DNA of 63,580 nt, filler included, from Octopus bimaculoides (Eukaryota), in NCBI RefSeq assembly GCF_001194135.2. It is 4 parts of 4 records of this genome, joined end to end, with 100 filler letters (N's around TTAATTAATTAA, not from the genome) between each part and the next. Parts side by side here need not be neighbours in the genome. Positions count along the whole stretch, not along the records: positions 1 to 10,820 come from NC_068981.1; 3 more parts are not named here. One strand, 5' to 3'. The notes below the pieces were generated by a model that had not been told where the DNA came from, searched no databases, and was given only the letters and a program-made list of their open reading frames with translations. Shown piece after piece: positions 1 through 10,479 of this stretch (positions are counted from its first letter, which is position 1; each line of letters begins with the position of its first letter). A program made the position numbers and the translations under genes.

Positions 1-1268
1 ATAGTGAAATGAAATTCGGACGCTGTGTTACAGTGATGCAAAGAAAATAGGTATATCATACAGAAGAATAGCTTACGGGAATGAGAAATGTTTTTGATAA
101 GGAATATCAGTAAGTTGTAGTGAAATGTAAGTAGAAATGATGTGCGAATATCAGTAATTAAATGTGATATGAATTTACAAATGCTGAATGATGTCGGTGT
201 TTTTGCTTTAGTTGGTGGTCTTGTTATCTCTTTTCTAGCTTTTGGTGGAGTAGAAGAGGTTAGAAAGAGTCAAGTGGTGAAGACATTATTTCGGCCTAGC
301 TAAAGGCATCTGGAAAATGTAAAACTGCTGTCACAGAAAAACCATTGTTCCGCCGTGGGAGAAGTTCTGTTGCAGTGTTAATTTAAATTTGGCTATGGTG
401 GATCGAATCCACTTCATGCCTGCAAGATACTCTACATCACTCCCCTCGCCAGTGAGGTTCCAGGAAAGGAAACGAACGAACAATCGAAGGAGAGAAACAG
501 ATGTATGGTTGAGGAGAAATTTTGCATATCAGGAGAGAGGATCATTGAAGTGTATACGGGACAGTTTTCTATTCGGATTAGTTCGAATAGCGGTATCGCT
601 TTGTGTGGTAAAATGTGTGCAGTCAGTGACTGGGGAGTACAGCAAATGAGCGCTTGTGTGCGCGTGAGGGCGTATACAGGAGTACAGGTGCACGTTTCGA
701 AATTGATTGTAAAATAAGCTCAGGTGAGCGAGTGAGTGAGTGTATTCTCAATTCGTGATATGAAAGATCTTCCTGCAGGGTTGCAGTGTGTGAAATGTCT
801 TGAAGGTGAAATGCCTGAAGTGAAATGCGTCTGGTGCTGTTGTCGTGGTTAATTGCTGAGTTAGCAAGGACGACAGTGTAAGCATGCTGGAGGTGATGCA
901 CGAGACAGATCATTTTCGCTGTTAATTACGTGACCAAACGGAGGTCTAACAGGGGGGAATTATGTCTAAACATGAGCGCAGAGTATCTGAACATCCGCTG
1001 TGCTTTGAGTCGGGAGAAGAATTGAGCTGACGCAGACGTGTTGCAAAACAAGGGGGTAGGTGTGCAGAACAGAGGTGAATGTGCAATAGAGCTTGCAAGG
1101 ATGAGGCTAATGCTAGTGCATTGATTACAAATACAGTGCACAGTGTTGAAGGTGCCAGTGATTAACGTAGTAAGTCTGAGACTGCCAGCCGGTGCATGAG
1201 GTATTATATGCCTCGATCGTGTAGGAACAAAAGTGTGGCACGCTGGCGCATTGTAAGGGACAAACAAC
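1..1268 (-). mobile_element. Degenerate 5'/N-terminal part of a Penelope-like retroelement
   Basis: Minus-strand frameshifted peptides (TLRSCLDIIPP, LAGMKWIR, FSRCL) resemble PLE N-terminal motifs (C-L-x-x-x-I-I-P-x-G, L-S-K-G-L-x-F, F-x-R-x-L-R-L). C/A-rich composition like the PLE at 32.2-33.4 kb. Confidence 0.45.
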
Positions 1269-1269
1269 T

Positions 1270-1850
1270 TTCTCTATGTATGCGTGACCGACCTACGGTC
1301 TTACAGAGATGAGTTGTGTCAGACATGCCATTTAACTTCCGCAGATCGCAGTTCCCGGTGAGACCATGCTTTGCCATGTCAATCAAAAAATCCCAAGACC
1401 AAACACTATCGGTGGCAGGCATCCATTTGGGGTTTTCCATTCAATCAGGATAAAAAAAAATTGATAAACCGATTCCTTATAGGATTTCCCGCTAAAATTG
1501 GCCACACCCCATTTTCAACCATAACTTTTACCAATTTTGACATATTTTGCTCAAACTTGATGCCAGCATTACTTAGAACTCATGGGATCTTTGAATGCTT
1601 CAAGTTCTCAAAAAAAACAAAACAAAAAAAACAAAAAAACAATCGATGATTGGAAACAATCGATAAACCGATTCCTTATGGGATTTCCCAATCAAATTGC
1701 CTGCAACCCATTTTCAGCCAAGCGTTTACCAATTTCAACGGCTTTCGCTCAAATTTGATGTCGGTGTCACTTATTTTGGTTTGAAATAAAGCGCTTGATC
1801 ACTTAATAAATCCCAATTTAATCCTGGGCAGCGCCAGGCTATACTGCTAG
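1270..1850 (+). mobile_element. Non-autonomous Helitron with a Pif1-helicase fragment
   Basis: 1325-1408 encodes MPFNFRRSQFPVRPCFAMSIKKSQDQTL, matching the Helitron/Pif1 motif PF-x-F-x-R-x-QFPV-x-x-x-FAMTINKSQGQTL. 3' hairpin cctgg-gcagcg-ccagg (1823-1838) is followed by CTAG|T (1847-1851). The 5' boundary is approximate. Confidence 0.75.
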
Positions 1851-1959
1851 TAATCAATAAAACTTATGATGACGTGAACGAATTGACATATTTAACTGAA
1901 TCATCATAAATTAACTTTCATTTCAATGCAATGTTAAAATTAGCTTCAATGAATCGTCA

Positions 1960-1988
1960 GTCACCCAATGGGTCACGGGTAGCCTAGT
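1960..1988 (+). mobile_element. Possible second Helitron 3' terminus
   Basis: accc-aat-gggt mini-hairpin followed by cacgggtagcCTAG|T (1984-1988). Confidence 0.35.
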
Positions 1989-2227
1989 AGATTTTTAAAA
2001 TTATCCACTAATGAACGATCACTCATATTGATGTGTCAGTTGTTAGCAGTCAGCTTTTCGAAGCAACTGGTTTAATCAAATAAAACTAACTATTCTTTAT
2101 CAAAACTAAATGAATGAATAAAGAAATAATATGGAGAGCTTCTTATAGAGACAAGGGATTTCTTGATTTCTTATATTTTACTAAAAAATCGATATGATGA
2201 TGATGATGATGATGATATATATATATT

Positions 2228-2302
2228 GGAGTGGCTGTGTGGTAAGTAGCTTGCTTACCAACCACATGGTTCCGGGTTCATTCCCACTGCGTGGCACCTT
2301 TG
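2228..2302 (+). mobile_element. tRNA-derived SINE head (5' part only)
   Basis: A-box-like tggctgtgtgg and B-box-like ggttcattccc. Same family as the copies at 9643-9978 and 34880-35315. Confidence 0.75.
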
Positions 2303-2369
2303 TAATGTCTGTCCTTGTGTTATGCTTGTTTTACTGGCATTATATTTATTCAGCATATTCATCAGAGCA

Positions 2370-2393
2370 TGAGTCATGACGTCTTGCGTAAGT
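2370..2393 (+). promoter_or_regulatory. Adjacent AP-1 (TGAGTCA) and CRE-like (TGACGTC) motifs followed by a GTAAGT donor-like site
   Basis: TGAGTCA 2370-2376, TGACGTC 2377-2383, GTAAGT 2388-2393. Lies upstream of the death-domain ORF; function inferred only. Confidence 0.25.
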
Positions 2394-2399
2394 ATTTAA

Positions 2400-2735
2400 G
2401 AAGGAGAGTCAGGCAAATTGACAACATTCGAGGAAATTGGGAAAGAAGATATACGTAAGATGAGAAAGAAAACGAGAAAGAAGTAACGCAGAAGTGGGTA
2501 GCATTCGAGGAAATGAGAGCGAGAGAGAGAGAGAGAGAGGACAGAAAGGAAAGCCTACGTAGAAATGAGGATATACAGAGTGAGAGATAGAGAGGGGGAA
2601 AAGCATTCATGATGTGGTAGGTAAGAAATGAGAAGAAATACAGGAGGGGAAGAGGGAGAGAGAGGGGGAGAAAGAGAAAGCATGCGAGGAGGTGAGGAGA
2701 GAGGACGAAAAAGAGATAGAGGGAGGGAAAAAAAT
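2400..2735 (+). repeat. Polypurine (GA)-rich low-complexity tract
   Basis: Long gagaga/ggaga runs, directly visible. Confidence 0.85.
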
Positions 2736-3086
2736 ATTAGAAAACACCCATAAGTGATGGTAATATGTGTAAGTATTGTCATTATTGAATGAATAACTGC
2801 TTCACGAAAAGAAATGTCTGATTGGTTGATTGTTACCTACATTACGGGAATTACTTAAGTTATCACATATCTCATGTGATGTTCCATTTGAAAAGGTGGT
2901 AAGATGTTTTATAGATTTTATCCAAAGTTTTCTCTCTGTGTCTCAGATGAACTACCACTTCTGAAATGTCAGTTTTTTTAATTTCCCCTCAACATTATAC
3001 GAACTTTATTCACAATGACAAACTTCACCGCTTTCAGTGTCCGTTTGATCACTTACTAAAGTTTGTTATATTTAATAGTTACGAAA

Positions 3087-4226
3087 ATGGCTAGTACTAA
3101 CAATGTTGTAGAAGTGGAAGAAATAGACAGAAGTTCGGATTTTTCGGAAAGTGTGGATGAGAATGTTATATTCTTTAGTGATGATCTAATTTTGTCACTC
3201 GTCGATGGAATCGTTGATATAGAAGACATCCAATCGCTCTGTATTCGTTTAAACATATCTCATACCGTATTTGAACATTACAAACAAACACATGGTGATT
3301 TATTTGAATTAGGTGTTAATATTCTCCGTTTGTGGCGAGAAGTAAACAATTTAGGTGATTTTGAAAGCTGTCGACTGCTACAAAAAAATCTCAACGAACT
3401 CGGACACCGTTTTAAAAGTTCTCAACTAATATCATCTTTCATTCAATGGTGCACTACTAAGATGTGCTGTTGCAATCGTGTTCATGATCATGCATTGGCA
3501 ACGATAGGTCAGTTTCAAAAACGAAATCAATCGTTGATGAATGATGTACAGGGAAAATTTAACAACTGGTGCGATGGCTTAGATCTACAACAAAATAGCA
3601 CCAACATGGCTCTTTATCTTCAACTTTATAAAGCTGATTTTGAAACAGAAGAAAGGCATTTTTCTAAAATGTTATTTAACATAAATAAGAGTTTGGATCA
3701 TCATTTACCACGTGATGCTTTTTTGTCGACTTACGGTTGCACCGATGTAACAAGTAGTATTTTAAAGAAATTTACTATCATATCGAAACCAGTCACTTCG
3801 TTTTTACACGAGAGGAGGTTGATGTTAATGAGTGGCTATTTCTCTGATATGACAACAGTGAGTGAGTTTGGTATTCATTTAAACATTCTGCCTTCTAAAT
3901 TACAGTCCATTCATAATAAGAATAAACATTCTGTCAAACTAACTGCCTATTATGTACTGCATACCTGGAAACAAAATTGGTCGAGCTTAAAAGAAGAACG
4001 TCACATCCATGAACTCACAAAAGCTTTAAATGACATTAATTATATAGAGCTTTCAGAAAAACTCTTAAAGGATTATGAAGCGTGGAAGCTGCAGCCTGTT
4101 CCAACTAAATTTTATCAAATGGTAATTGCGAAAAGAAAAATTTCTAATTTGGGACAAAATTCGATCTCAAATAGTGCATCATCTCCGATGAAGATTTCCA
4201 AAGCACTGCTCCCTCCCAATGGATGA
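3087..4226 (+). CDS. Intronless protein (~380 aa) with two predicted death domains
   Basis: Only long stop-free non-repetitive ORF in the window. ATG at 3087 in AAAATGG context, just after an acceptor-like tttaatAG (3077-3078). Two segments follow death-domain patterning: LILSLVDGI..IQSLCIRLNISHTVFEHYK..LGVNILRLWRE..LLQKNLNELG and LHERRLMLMSGYF..EFGIHLNILPSKLQSI..AYYVLHTWKQ..ELTKALNDINYIELSEKL. Confidence 0.8.
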   Translation: MASTNNVVEVEEIDRSSDFSESVDENVIFFSDDLILSLVDGIVDIEDIQSLCIRLNISHTVFEHYKQTHGDLFELGVNILRLWREVNNLGDFESCRLLQKNLNELGHRFKSSQLISSFIQWCTTKMCCCNRVHDHALATIGQFQKRNQSLMNDVQGKFNNWCDGLDLQQNSTNMALYLQLYKADFETEERHFSKMLFNINKSLDHHLPRDAFLSTYGCTDVTSSILKKFTIISKPVTSFLHERRLMLMSGYFSDMTTVSEFGIHLNILPSKLQSIHNKNKHSVKLTAYYVLHTWKQNWSSLKEERHIHELTKALNDINYIELSEKLLKDYEAWKLQPVPTKFYQMVIAKRKISNLGQNSISNSASSPMKISKALLPPNG

Positions 4227-4934
4227 TTATAATCAAAGTAAAATGCAATGATTAAAAGTGCAGAATTTCCTTTAGAACTAAAACGAAGATTTGAGCTTAT
4301 TCATGGGATATTTTACACAGAGATGACTTTCAAGTGATTTTACTCAAAAAGGTGACAGTTTATAATTCTCTCTTTACTTTTTCAAGTTGAATTTAACAGA
4401 TTCTTTACCTCACGTCAGAAAACTGTTTTTAACTAACGGTGCCAGGCTCTTTATTACATTTTTATTTTTTCCCGTCCTTCTATGTATGTATGGGCACACT
4501 ACAAATGATATAAAAAAAACTGGCTATACTGGTGTAGACTGTGATGAAACAATATCGATTACTTATTTCAGTAGCGTGACTATGTTCATGCTTGATGTGG
4601 AAAGTTTACTTTGAATCGATTCTTTTTATGAGTTACTTCCTGTTGTCTTCTCTCTTTCCATTTCTTTTTCAAGGCGTGTATAACTTATAATTTCATTTGT
4701 TATTTACCTCGTATGATATGCCAAACATTGTTTGAAATTGTTAGGAAAAAGAAGACAAATCTTTTTGTGCTCTTGCAATAACTGAAAACTTGAGATTATG
4801 TCATTCTTTTAATACCATGTTGTCTATTTCTGAAACAAACGTCCACTGCTCGAAAACGATGCTTTAATTTATTTTTCTGTTAAATATAATCGCATATGAT
4901 TACAAACGTTCTTAATTATAATAATAATGATGAT

Positions 4935-5170
4935 GATTTCATTTATTTACCATAAGGGCGAAATTAATAATTCCTTTGTTAACTACAAGGATTTACATTA
5001 AGAAAAACATTATGGACAACACAGAATAAAACCAAGAATATGTGGATGTGTGTGAGGCCAGAGACTTTTGGAAATTATCCATCGGTCCCAGGCTGAACGT
5101 TCTCGGGGAAAGAGCGGCGAGCTGATCTCCGAAACCCAAGGTTTCCCCAAGAACGTTGTCGCACTAATCC
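4935..5170 (-). mobile_element. Probable LINE 3' fragment (Tx1/L1-like)
   Basis: Degenerate minus-strand coding-like segment running into a T-rich UTR with aataaa. Resemblance by eye only. Confidence 0.3.
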
Positions 5171-5289
5171 TCTATAAAAAGCTAAAGTGGACGTTTCATT
5201 TATTGCAGTGTTCGAGGGCTGTGAGCGAATAATCCTGTCTATTTCGGCACAAGGCCTGAAATTTTGATGGAGGCGGAGGGTGGGGGTGT

Positions 5290-5390
5290 CTAGTCGATTA
5301 GAATCGTTTGCACGCTGACTTGGCGGTATTTCGTCAGTCTTTATGTTCTGAGTTCAAACGCCACCGAGGTCGATTTTGCCTTTCTTTCAA
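5290..5390 (+). mobile_element. Degenerate SINE fragment
   Basis: ttctgagttcaaacgccaccgaggtcgattttgcctttc matches the family at 41075-41272, 43010-43205 and 52170-52330. Confidence 0.6.
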
Positions 5391-5690
5391 ATTAATAATT
5401 TTTTTTTTTCATATTCGTGATCTCCGACATCTGAAACTTAGGAATCCGAAAAAATATTTTCAAAAACATGCATTTTTGAAGGAGAGGTGCGAAACTGCAT
5501 TAGCCCCAGGATGGTTATTATTAATAATGAAAATTAAAATATTTCAAAACATTAATAGGTGCAAGCGTAGCCCTACGTGGACCTTCCACCATAGTTCTTG
5601 TTTGCTCAATGCCTTGTGCATGAAAGTAGACAGAAACTGTGCAAAGCTCGCCGTGCCTTCGTCCAGATATGTTCACAGTTTGTCTGTATC

Positions 5691-5754
5691 GGTACTACTA
5701 AAGCAGCGCGGACGCGCGACTGCGCGTTCGTGTCCGCGCTGCTTTAGTAGTACC
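5691..5754. repeat. Perfect 23-bp GC-rich hairpin
   Basis: ggtactactaaagcagcgcggac (5691-5713) is the exact reverse complement of 5732-5754; 18-nt loop. Confidence 0.95.
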
Positions 5755-6255
5755 TCTGTATCCCTTTATGCTAAAACATTAACTTAGTAATTCGATAAAC
5801 TGTAATTAATAAAACTTCTGTACTATCAATGTATGCTTCCGTTGTTAAGGCAGGCCCTCTTGCGCTTAGGTGAAATTTTAGTCCTTCAGTTTCATTCGGA
5901 AAAGAATGGGGCTACGTGTTGGATTCTTCGATCTCAACGGTGAGCATTTAGTTCTTCGATTAAATGAATACCACCTACTCGGGGAAATTAATGGACATTT
6001 TTTCCGGTATTGGTATAACCTGATGTAATAAGGGGCATTCTTTCGATAAAGGCAATTTCCGAAAAAGATTTTATTACTTTGGGGTTTTTTTTTTCACCTG
6101 AATTGGTTATCTAGTACGGAGACGTGACAGGGTGATCAGAGCTGGTTGCTATGCTACCGAGTCCATGTTTCCCGGAGACCGCTCGTAAAGCAGAGCGATA
6201 ATTTCCCGTAGTAGCAATGTTATAATCGTAATTCGTTTCCAGAAAAATATTTTGG

Positions 6256-6953
6256 GATAATTTGTTCAGTTTGGTTCGATTAATAAAGTAAATAAAAATT
6301 AAGGGGGAGATAAGTAGTAAAAGAAATAAAGGGACAAATCAATCTCAGAGGAATCGTAGGCTATCATTCAATCAGGAATAGCTGGAAACAGCATTCTTCA
6401 GCGGTTGGCACGGCGACGACTAATCAATTATGAATAGGTACACCTGTGAAAATTGTAGATCATGTGGCCTTACTACACGTGGTGCCGTTACTGATGGAAA
6501 ATTATGGCAGTGCAAGCATTGTAAATGGAGCAAATCTGTTTGTTACCGTTCGTTTTTTGAGAGAATTCATATTTCTTGGCTCAATATCATTTTAATTGTC
6601 TATTGTTGGTCAACATCGGTATTCTGAATGATGGTGCCTACACGCATGAGATGATTATACACCTACAGAATTTTGTTGATCCTCATAAAAAACACGTCCA
6701 CACACAAAATGTGAAAAACGTGGATGCGAGTAAAACGGAAGTTACGACGCCAGTTTGAGACATCAAATGAAATTGTTTGTGTCATATTTACATGAATTTA
6801 TATGGCGTACTTTCACAGATAAAAAGAACACATTTGTTCATTTTTTTAGCCACGATCGCCAGTGTTTTAGGTTGTGTAAAAAAAAATAAGTTGACTTATC
6901 TCCCCCTTAATTTTTATTTACTTTTTTTAACAGACCCAAACTGAACAATTATC
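6256..6953 (+). mobile_element. Internally deleted Merlin (IS1016/IS1595-like) DNA transposon
   Basis: About 58-bp imperfect TIRs (gataatttgttcagtttgg...aattaagggggagataagt and its reverse complement). 9-bp TSD atattttgg at 6247-6255 and 6954-6962. N-terminal Zn-ribbon-like CENC..DGKLWQCKHC..SFFE and a C-terminal H..NFVDP...HTQN motif of ISXO2/IS1595-type transposases. Confidence 0.85.
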
Positions 6954-7119
6954 ATATTTTGGTTAATGTTTACAATATTACCGGAAACGAAAACCTATAA
7001 AATCTATAATACTCATAAATAAATTGCAATAAAGGAACAGTGGAATTTAAAGAATATTTTATATAAAGTAAAAAGAATGTGAAGATCATTTATGATAAAA
7101 AATATTATTAATATAATCG

Positions 7120-7452
7120 GAGATGTACTTGCATAGCAAGTGACCTGATCTGAGATCGTGTGCTGGAACGAAAACAATTGCAGCATGGAAGGTGTTTATA
7201 AGCCATTTAAGAAACACACAAAAACAGTTAGATTCACTTCAACATTTAAATTTAATTTGCCAAAATATTTTCATTGCTTTGAGACCGCGACCTGTTCACT
7301 GCATCTGTGATACAGCACAGAATTTTGTCAGTGAACAGGTCGCGGTCTCAAAGCGACGAAAATATTTTGGCAAATTAAATTTAAATGTTGAAGTGAATCT
7401 AATGGTTTTTGTATGTTTCTTAAATGGCTTATTAAACACCTTCCATGCTGCA
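7120..7452. mobile_element. Inverted (head-to-head) duplication of a PLE-type terminal repeat with a 13-bp TSD
   Basis: Arms 7176-7301 and 7329-7455 are near-perfect reverse complements. attaatataatcg is duplicated at 7107-7119 and 7453-7465. Contains a hammerhead motif. Confidence 0.75.
7324..7374 (+). ncRNA. Minimal type I hammerhead ribozyme, G3:C8 core variant
   Basis: Stem I tttgtca/tggcaaa (one G-U), core GTGAACA (7331-7337) plus one extra G, stem II gtcgc/gcgac, GAAA 7358-7361, palindromic stem III AATATT, U17 at 7367. Confidence 0.7.
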
Positions 7453-7744
7453 ATTAATATAATCGTTTTCTGAATCACTTTCACTCGCACTAGACTAGTT
7501 AGATATAGCCTGGACCAATCTTTGGTCGAAACCTATCTAAGTTTTATATACAGTACTTACACAAATATATATACAGACACACAAATACGTAATACATACA
7601 CAAAAAAAAAAAATAAATAAAGATAAGCAATTCAGCTGAAAAAAAATTAAAGAAATAAAAAATTTTATGGAAGTTGCTAAAGAAATACTTTTATTATTCC
7701 ACTACCATTATCAAAAGAATGCCTGACAAACTTAGATTTTTGAT

Positions 7745-7880
7745 TTATAGGTACAATTCAGGGTAAGAGACAGAAAACTCAATCAAAAGAAATGAAAGGC
7801 TAAGTTGGTCTCAGAAAGATTTGAACTCAGAAAACCAGGGTGAAAAATGCTAGTCATTGTATCCAACATTCTAATGTTCT
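7745..7880 (-). mobile_element. Degenerate SINE
   Basis: gatttgaactcagaa..tgctagtcattgt resembles the family at 43010-43205. Confidence 0.5.
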
Positions 7881-9642
7881 TGCCATTTTGCCACCTTTTG
7901 GATATAAAAACTGGCAATATTCTTTCACTCTCTTAGCTTGTCTGGGTATTGCTAACTGTTACGGGTATTTAGGTATTTCTAGTAGGAATATAGTAAGAAA
8001 CAACATATACAATAGAAATATCTGTTTGTTTACTCACATTTTCATCTAGCTGAATGAAAAACCATTTTGCTAGATTACAAGCAGATATATTATTTTCAGT
8101 ATTTTCTCAATAAACATTTTTCCATCCACACTATACATGGACCAAAAGAGTAACTTAAATGCTTGAGCTAAAACATGACACTCTTTTTTTACAACACGAA
8201 TCAAACGCATAATACTTTTATAAATACAATTTTTTTTTATTTAAATCTTGCTTTTATTATTCATGTTGTAATTTGAAAAACATTTTATTTATCTATATAT
8301 GTACTACTGTCCATAAGCTTTGTAAGTAAATATGTTGTTTTAGTCATGTGAATTCCAGCATCATTTACACTAGAAGAATTCCATAATCTGGAAGCATTTT
8401 CAAAATAAATAAAAACCATAAACATATGGTTACGTCTCTGTTTTTTTTCTATACCTTCCTTAATGAATATTTTTGCTTTTTATTGTAGTTTGCTCAAAAT
8501 AAATATGTTTAATTCTTTAATCCTGCCTTCTTCAAATTCCATGTTGATGTTGAATAATATCACTCACGATAACGTCAGTGAACATTTATTAAAAAGAATA
8601 ACAGCAGACAGAGAAATGAAGTGATTCCACTTAAAGGGACGAATGCAACATTCTCAAAGACTCGGATCAAAAATTGTATTGTTCACCAAAAATCAAAATT
8701 TCTTTGGATGTGCATGTTTTGAATATCATAAATTTCGATTCTGCAAATAAAAAAAAAAAAAAGAAAAGAAAAGAGAATTGGTACAAGGTGACTCCTCTCC
8801 TTTTCTGTAATCTCTTTAGCTTTAACATCTTTGGGAATTTTTTAATTTTGTTGTATGTCAGGAGGGTTATTTATGTTATATTTTTGAAGAATCATAATCT
8901 CTAATAGACCTGAATACAAATTTTCACTGAAAATCAGAAGAATTCCTCATTCCCTACCCACACTTTTGTGTTAAGTATCATACTCTGTGATGCTTATAAT
9001 TTCTGGCCTTATTCTTTAAGAATACGGGTGAATGCCTATACAACCACTTGTTTGATTCCCCATTGCAGAACTTTTATTAAATCAAGTTATTGCGGTAATG
9101 ATGTCCTATAGTTATTCTTTCTACTATAGGCACAAAACATTGTAAAGTTCTATAATTAAAATTAAAATAACCTTATAAAAAAAATGAGCATTTTTTTTTC
9201 TATAGAATAAGAATAATTTCCTTAAGTATTGAATAACATAAGTGTTATGTTCTCTTATTCACTTCCAGCTATTTTGGTTGATTTCTAAGTAAATGAAAAA
9301 AACATATTTTCTAAATTTTATTTCTTAAGGTCCACTCTGGATCTTTTAGTCCAATATCTAAAATCTACCAAAAGCAATAACAAAAAGAGAGGCAGCAAGA
9401 ATGGAAAATGGCAGGTAGTACATACGATCTGCCTCAGAATCTTTGATTTCTTTTCCTTCTTAGATGTCCTCTGTGTTCAAATACACACATATTCATGTGT
9501 CAAAATCAAATCCTTAATTTATAGATATCACTTTGATAGCTGCTGGCTTTCAGTTATTTTCATTTTATTGTGGCACTTCTACAGCCATCTTTGGCACCTT
9601 GATTACTGTATTAATTTGTTTAGTTTGAGACTCATTTTTTTT

Positions 9643-9978
9643 ATGCAGTGGCACCTTGGGGAAGTGTCTTCTACTATAGCCTCGGGCCAACCAAAGCCTT
9701 GTGAAGGGATTTGGTAGATGGAAACTGAAAGAAGCCTGTCGTATATATATATATGTATGTGTGTGTATATGTTTGTGTGTCTGTGCTTGTCCCCCCCCCC
9801 ACATCGCTTGACAGCCGATGCTGGTGTGTTTACTTCCCTGTAACTTAGCGGTTCGGCAAAAGAGACCGATAGAATAAGTATTAGGCTTACAAAGAAGAAG
9901 TCCTAGGGGTTGATTTTCTCGACTAAAGGCGGTGCTCCAGCATGGCCGCAGTCAAATGACTGAAACGAGTAAAAGAGT
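9643..9978 (+). mobile_element. Abundant tRNA-derived SINE (body and tail, internal TA/TG microsatellite)
   Basis: Shares sequence with the head at 2228-2302 and with the reverse copy at 34880-35315. Confidence 0.8.
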
Positions 9979-10479
9979 TACATGGAAACAGATGAGGATA
10001 GGCGACAGGATGGGCATCCAGCCATAGAAAGATCTACTTCAATGAATTTGATCCCATTCAGGCATGTATAGAAAAGTGGATATTAAAACGATGACGATCG
10101 TGTGGGCTGAAATGATCCAGTGTTTTAGCGTATGTCACTATATCTTCCCTATATCTGGCAAAAAACATTCACTCGACCTCAAATTATAAATGACGTCATA
10201 TTCACAACTACCCACTCCGCTCTAGGACCAGACCGTCCTTCACACGAAACATTTTAGAAAGATTTACATTTGATATCCCTAAACCACACCTTCTCTTCTC
10301 CAAATCCCAACAATGATTCAACCATCACCACTAGTCATGTATTGTACACAGGTTCTTGAAAACAATTCAACAACAAAAATATTCCATTCTCTACAGTAAC
10401 TATTAATAATATCAGTATCCATCTATGTCTGCCCCGATCTACTTTTTCCTATAATACTCATCATTCCCTTAAGAAACTG

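Noticed and set aside
5745-5753. TAGTAGTAC resembles the CRESS-virus nonanucleotide TAGTATTAC
   Set aside because: It lies in the stem rather than the loop, has a mismatch, and no Rep gene is nearby.
5308-5787. 159-aa ORF
   Set aside because: It spans a SINE remnant and a hairpin, starts at a non-ATG codon, and has no protein-like features.
7499-7540. Hammerhead-shaped skeleton (ttagata/tatctaa, gaccaa/ttggtc, GAAA)
   Set aside because: The 7-nt core reads tagcctg and there is no NUH site; at best a dead relic.
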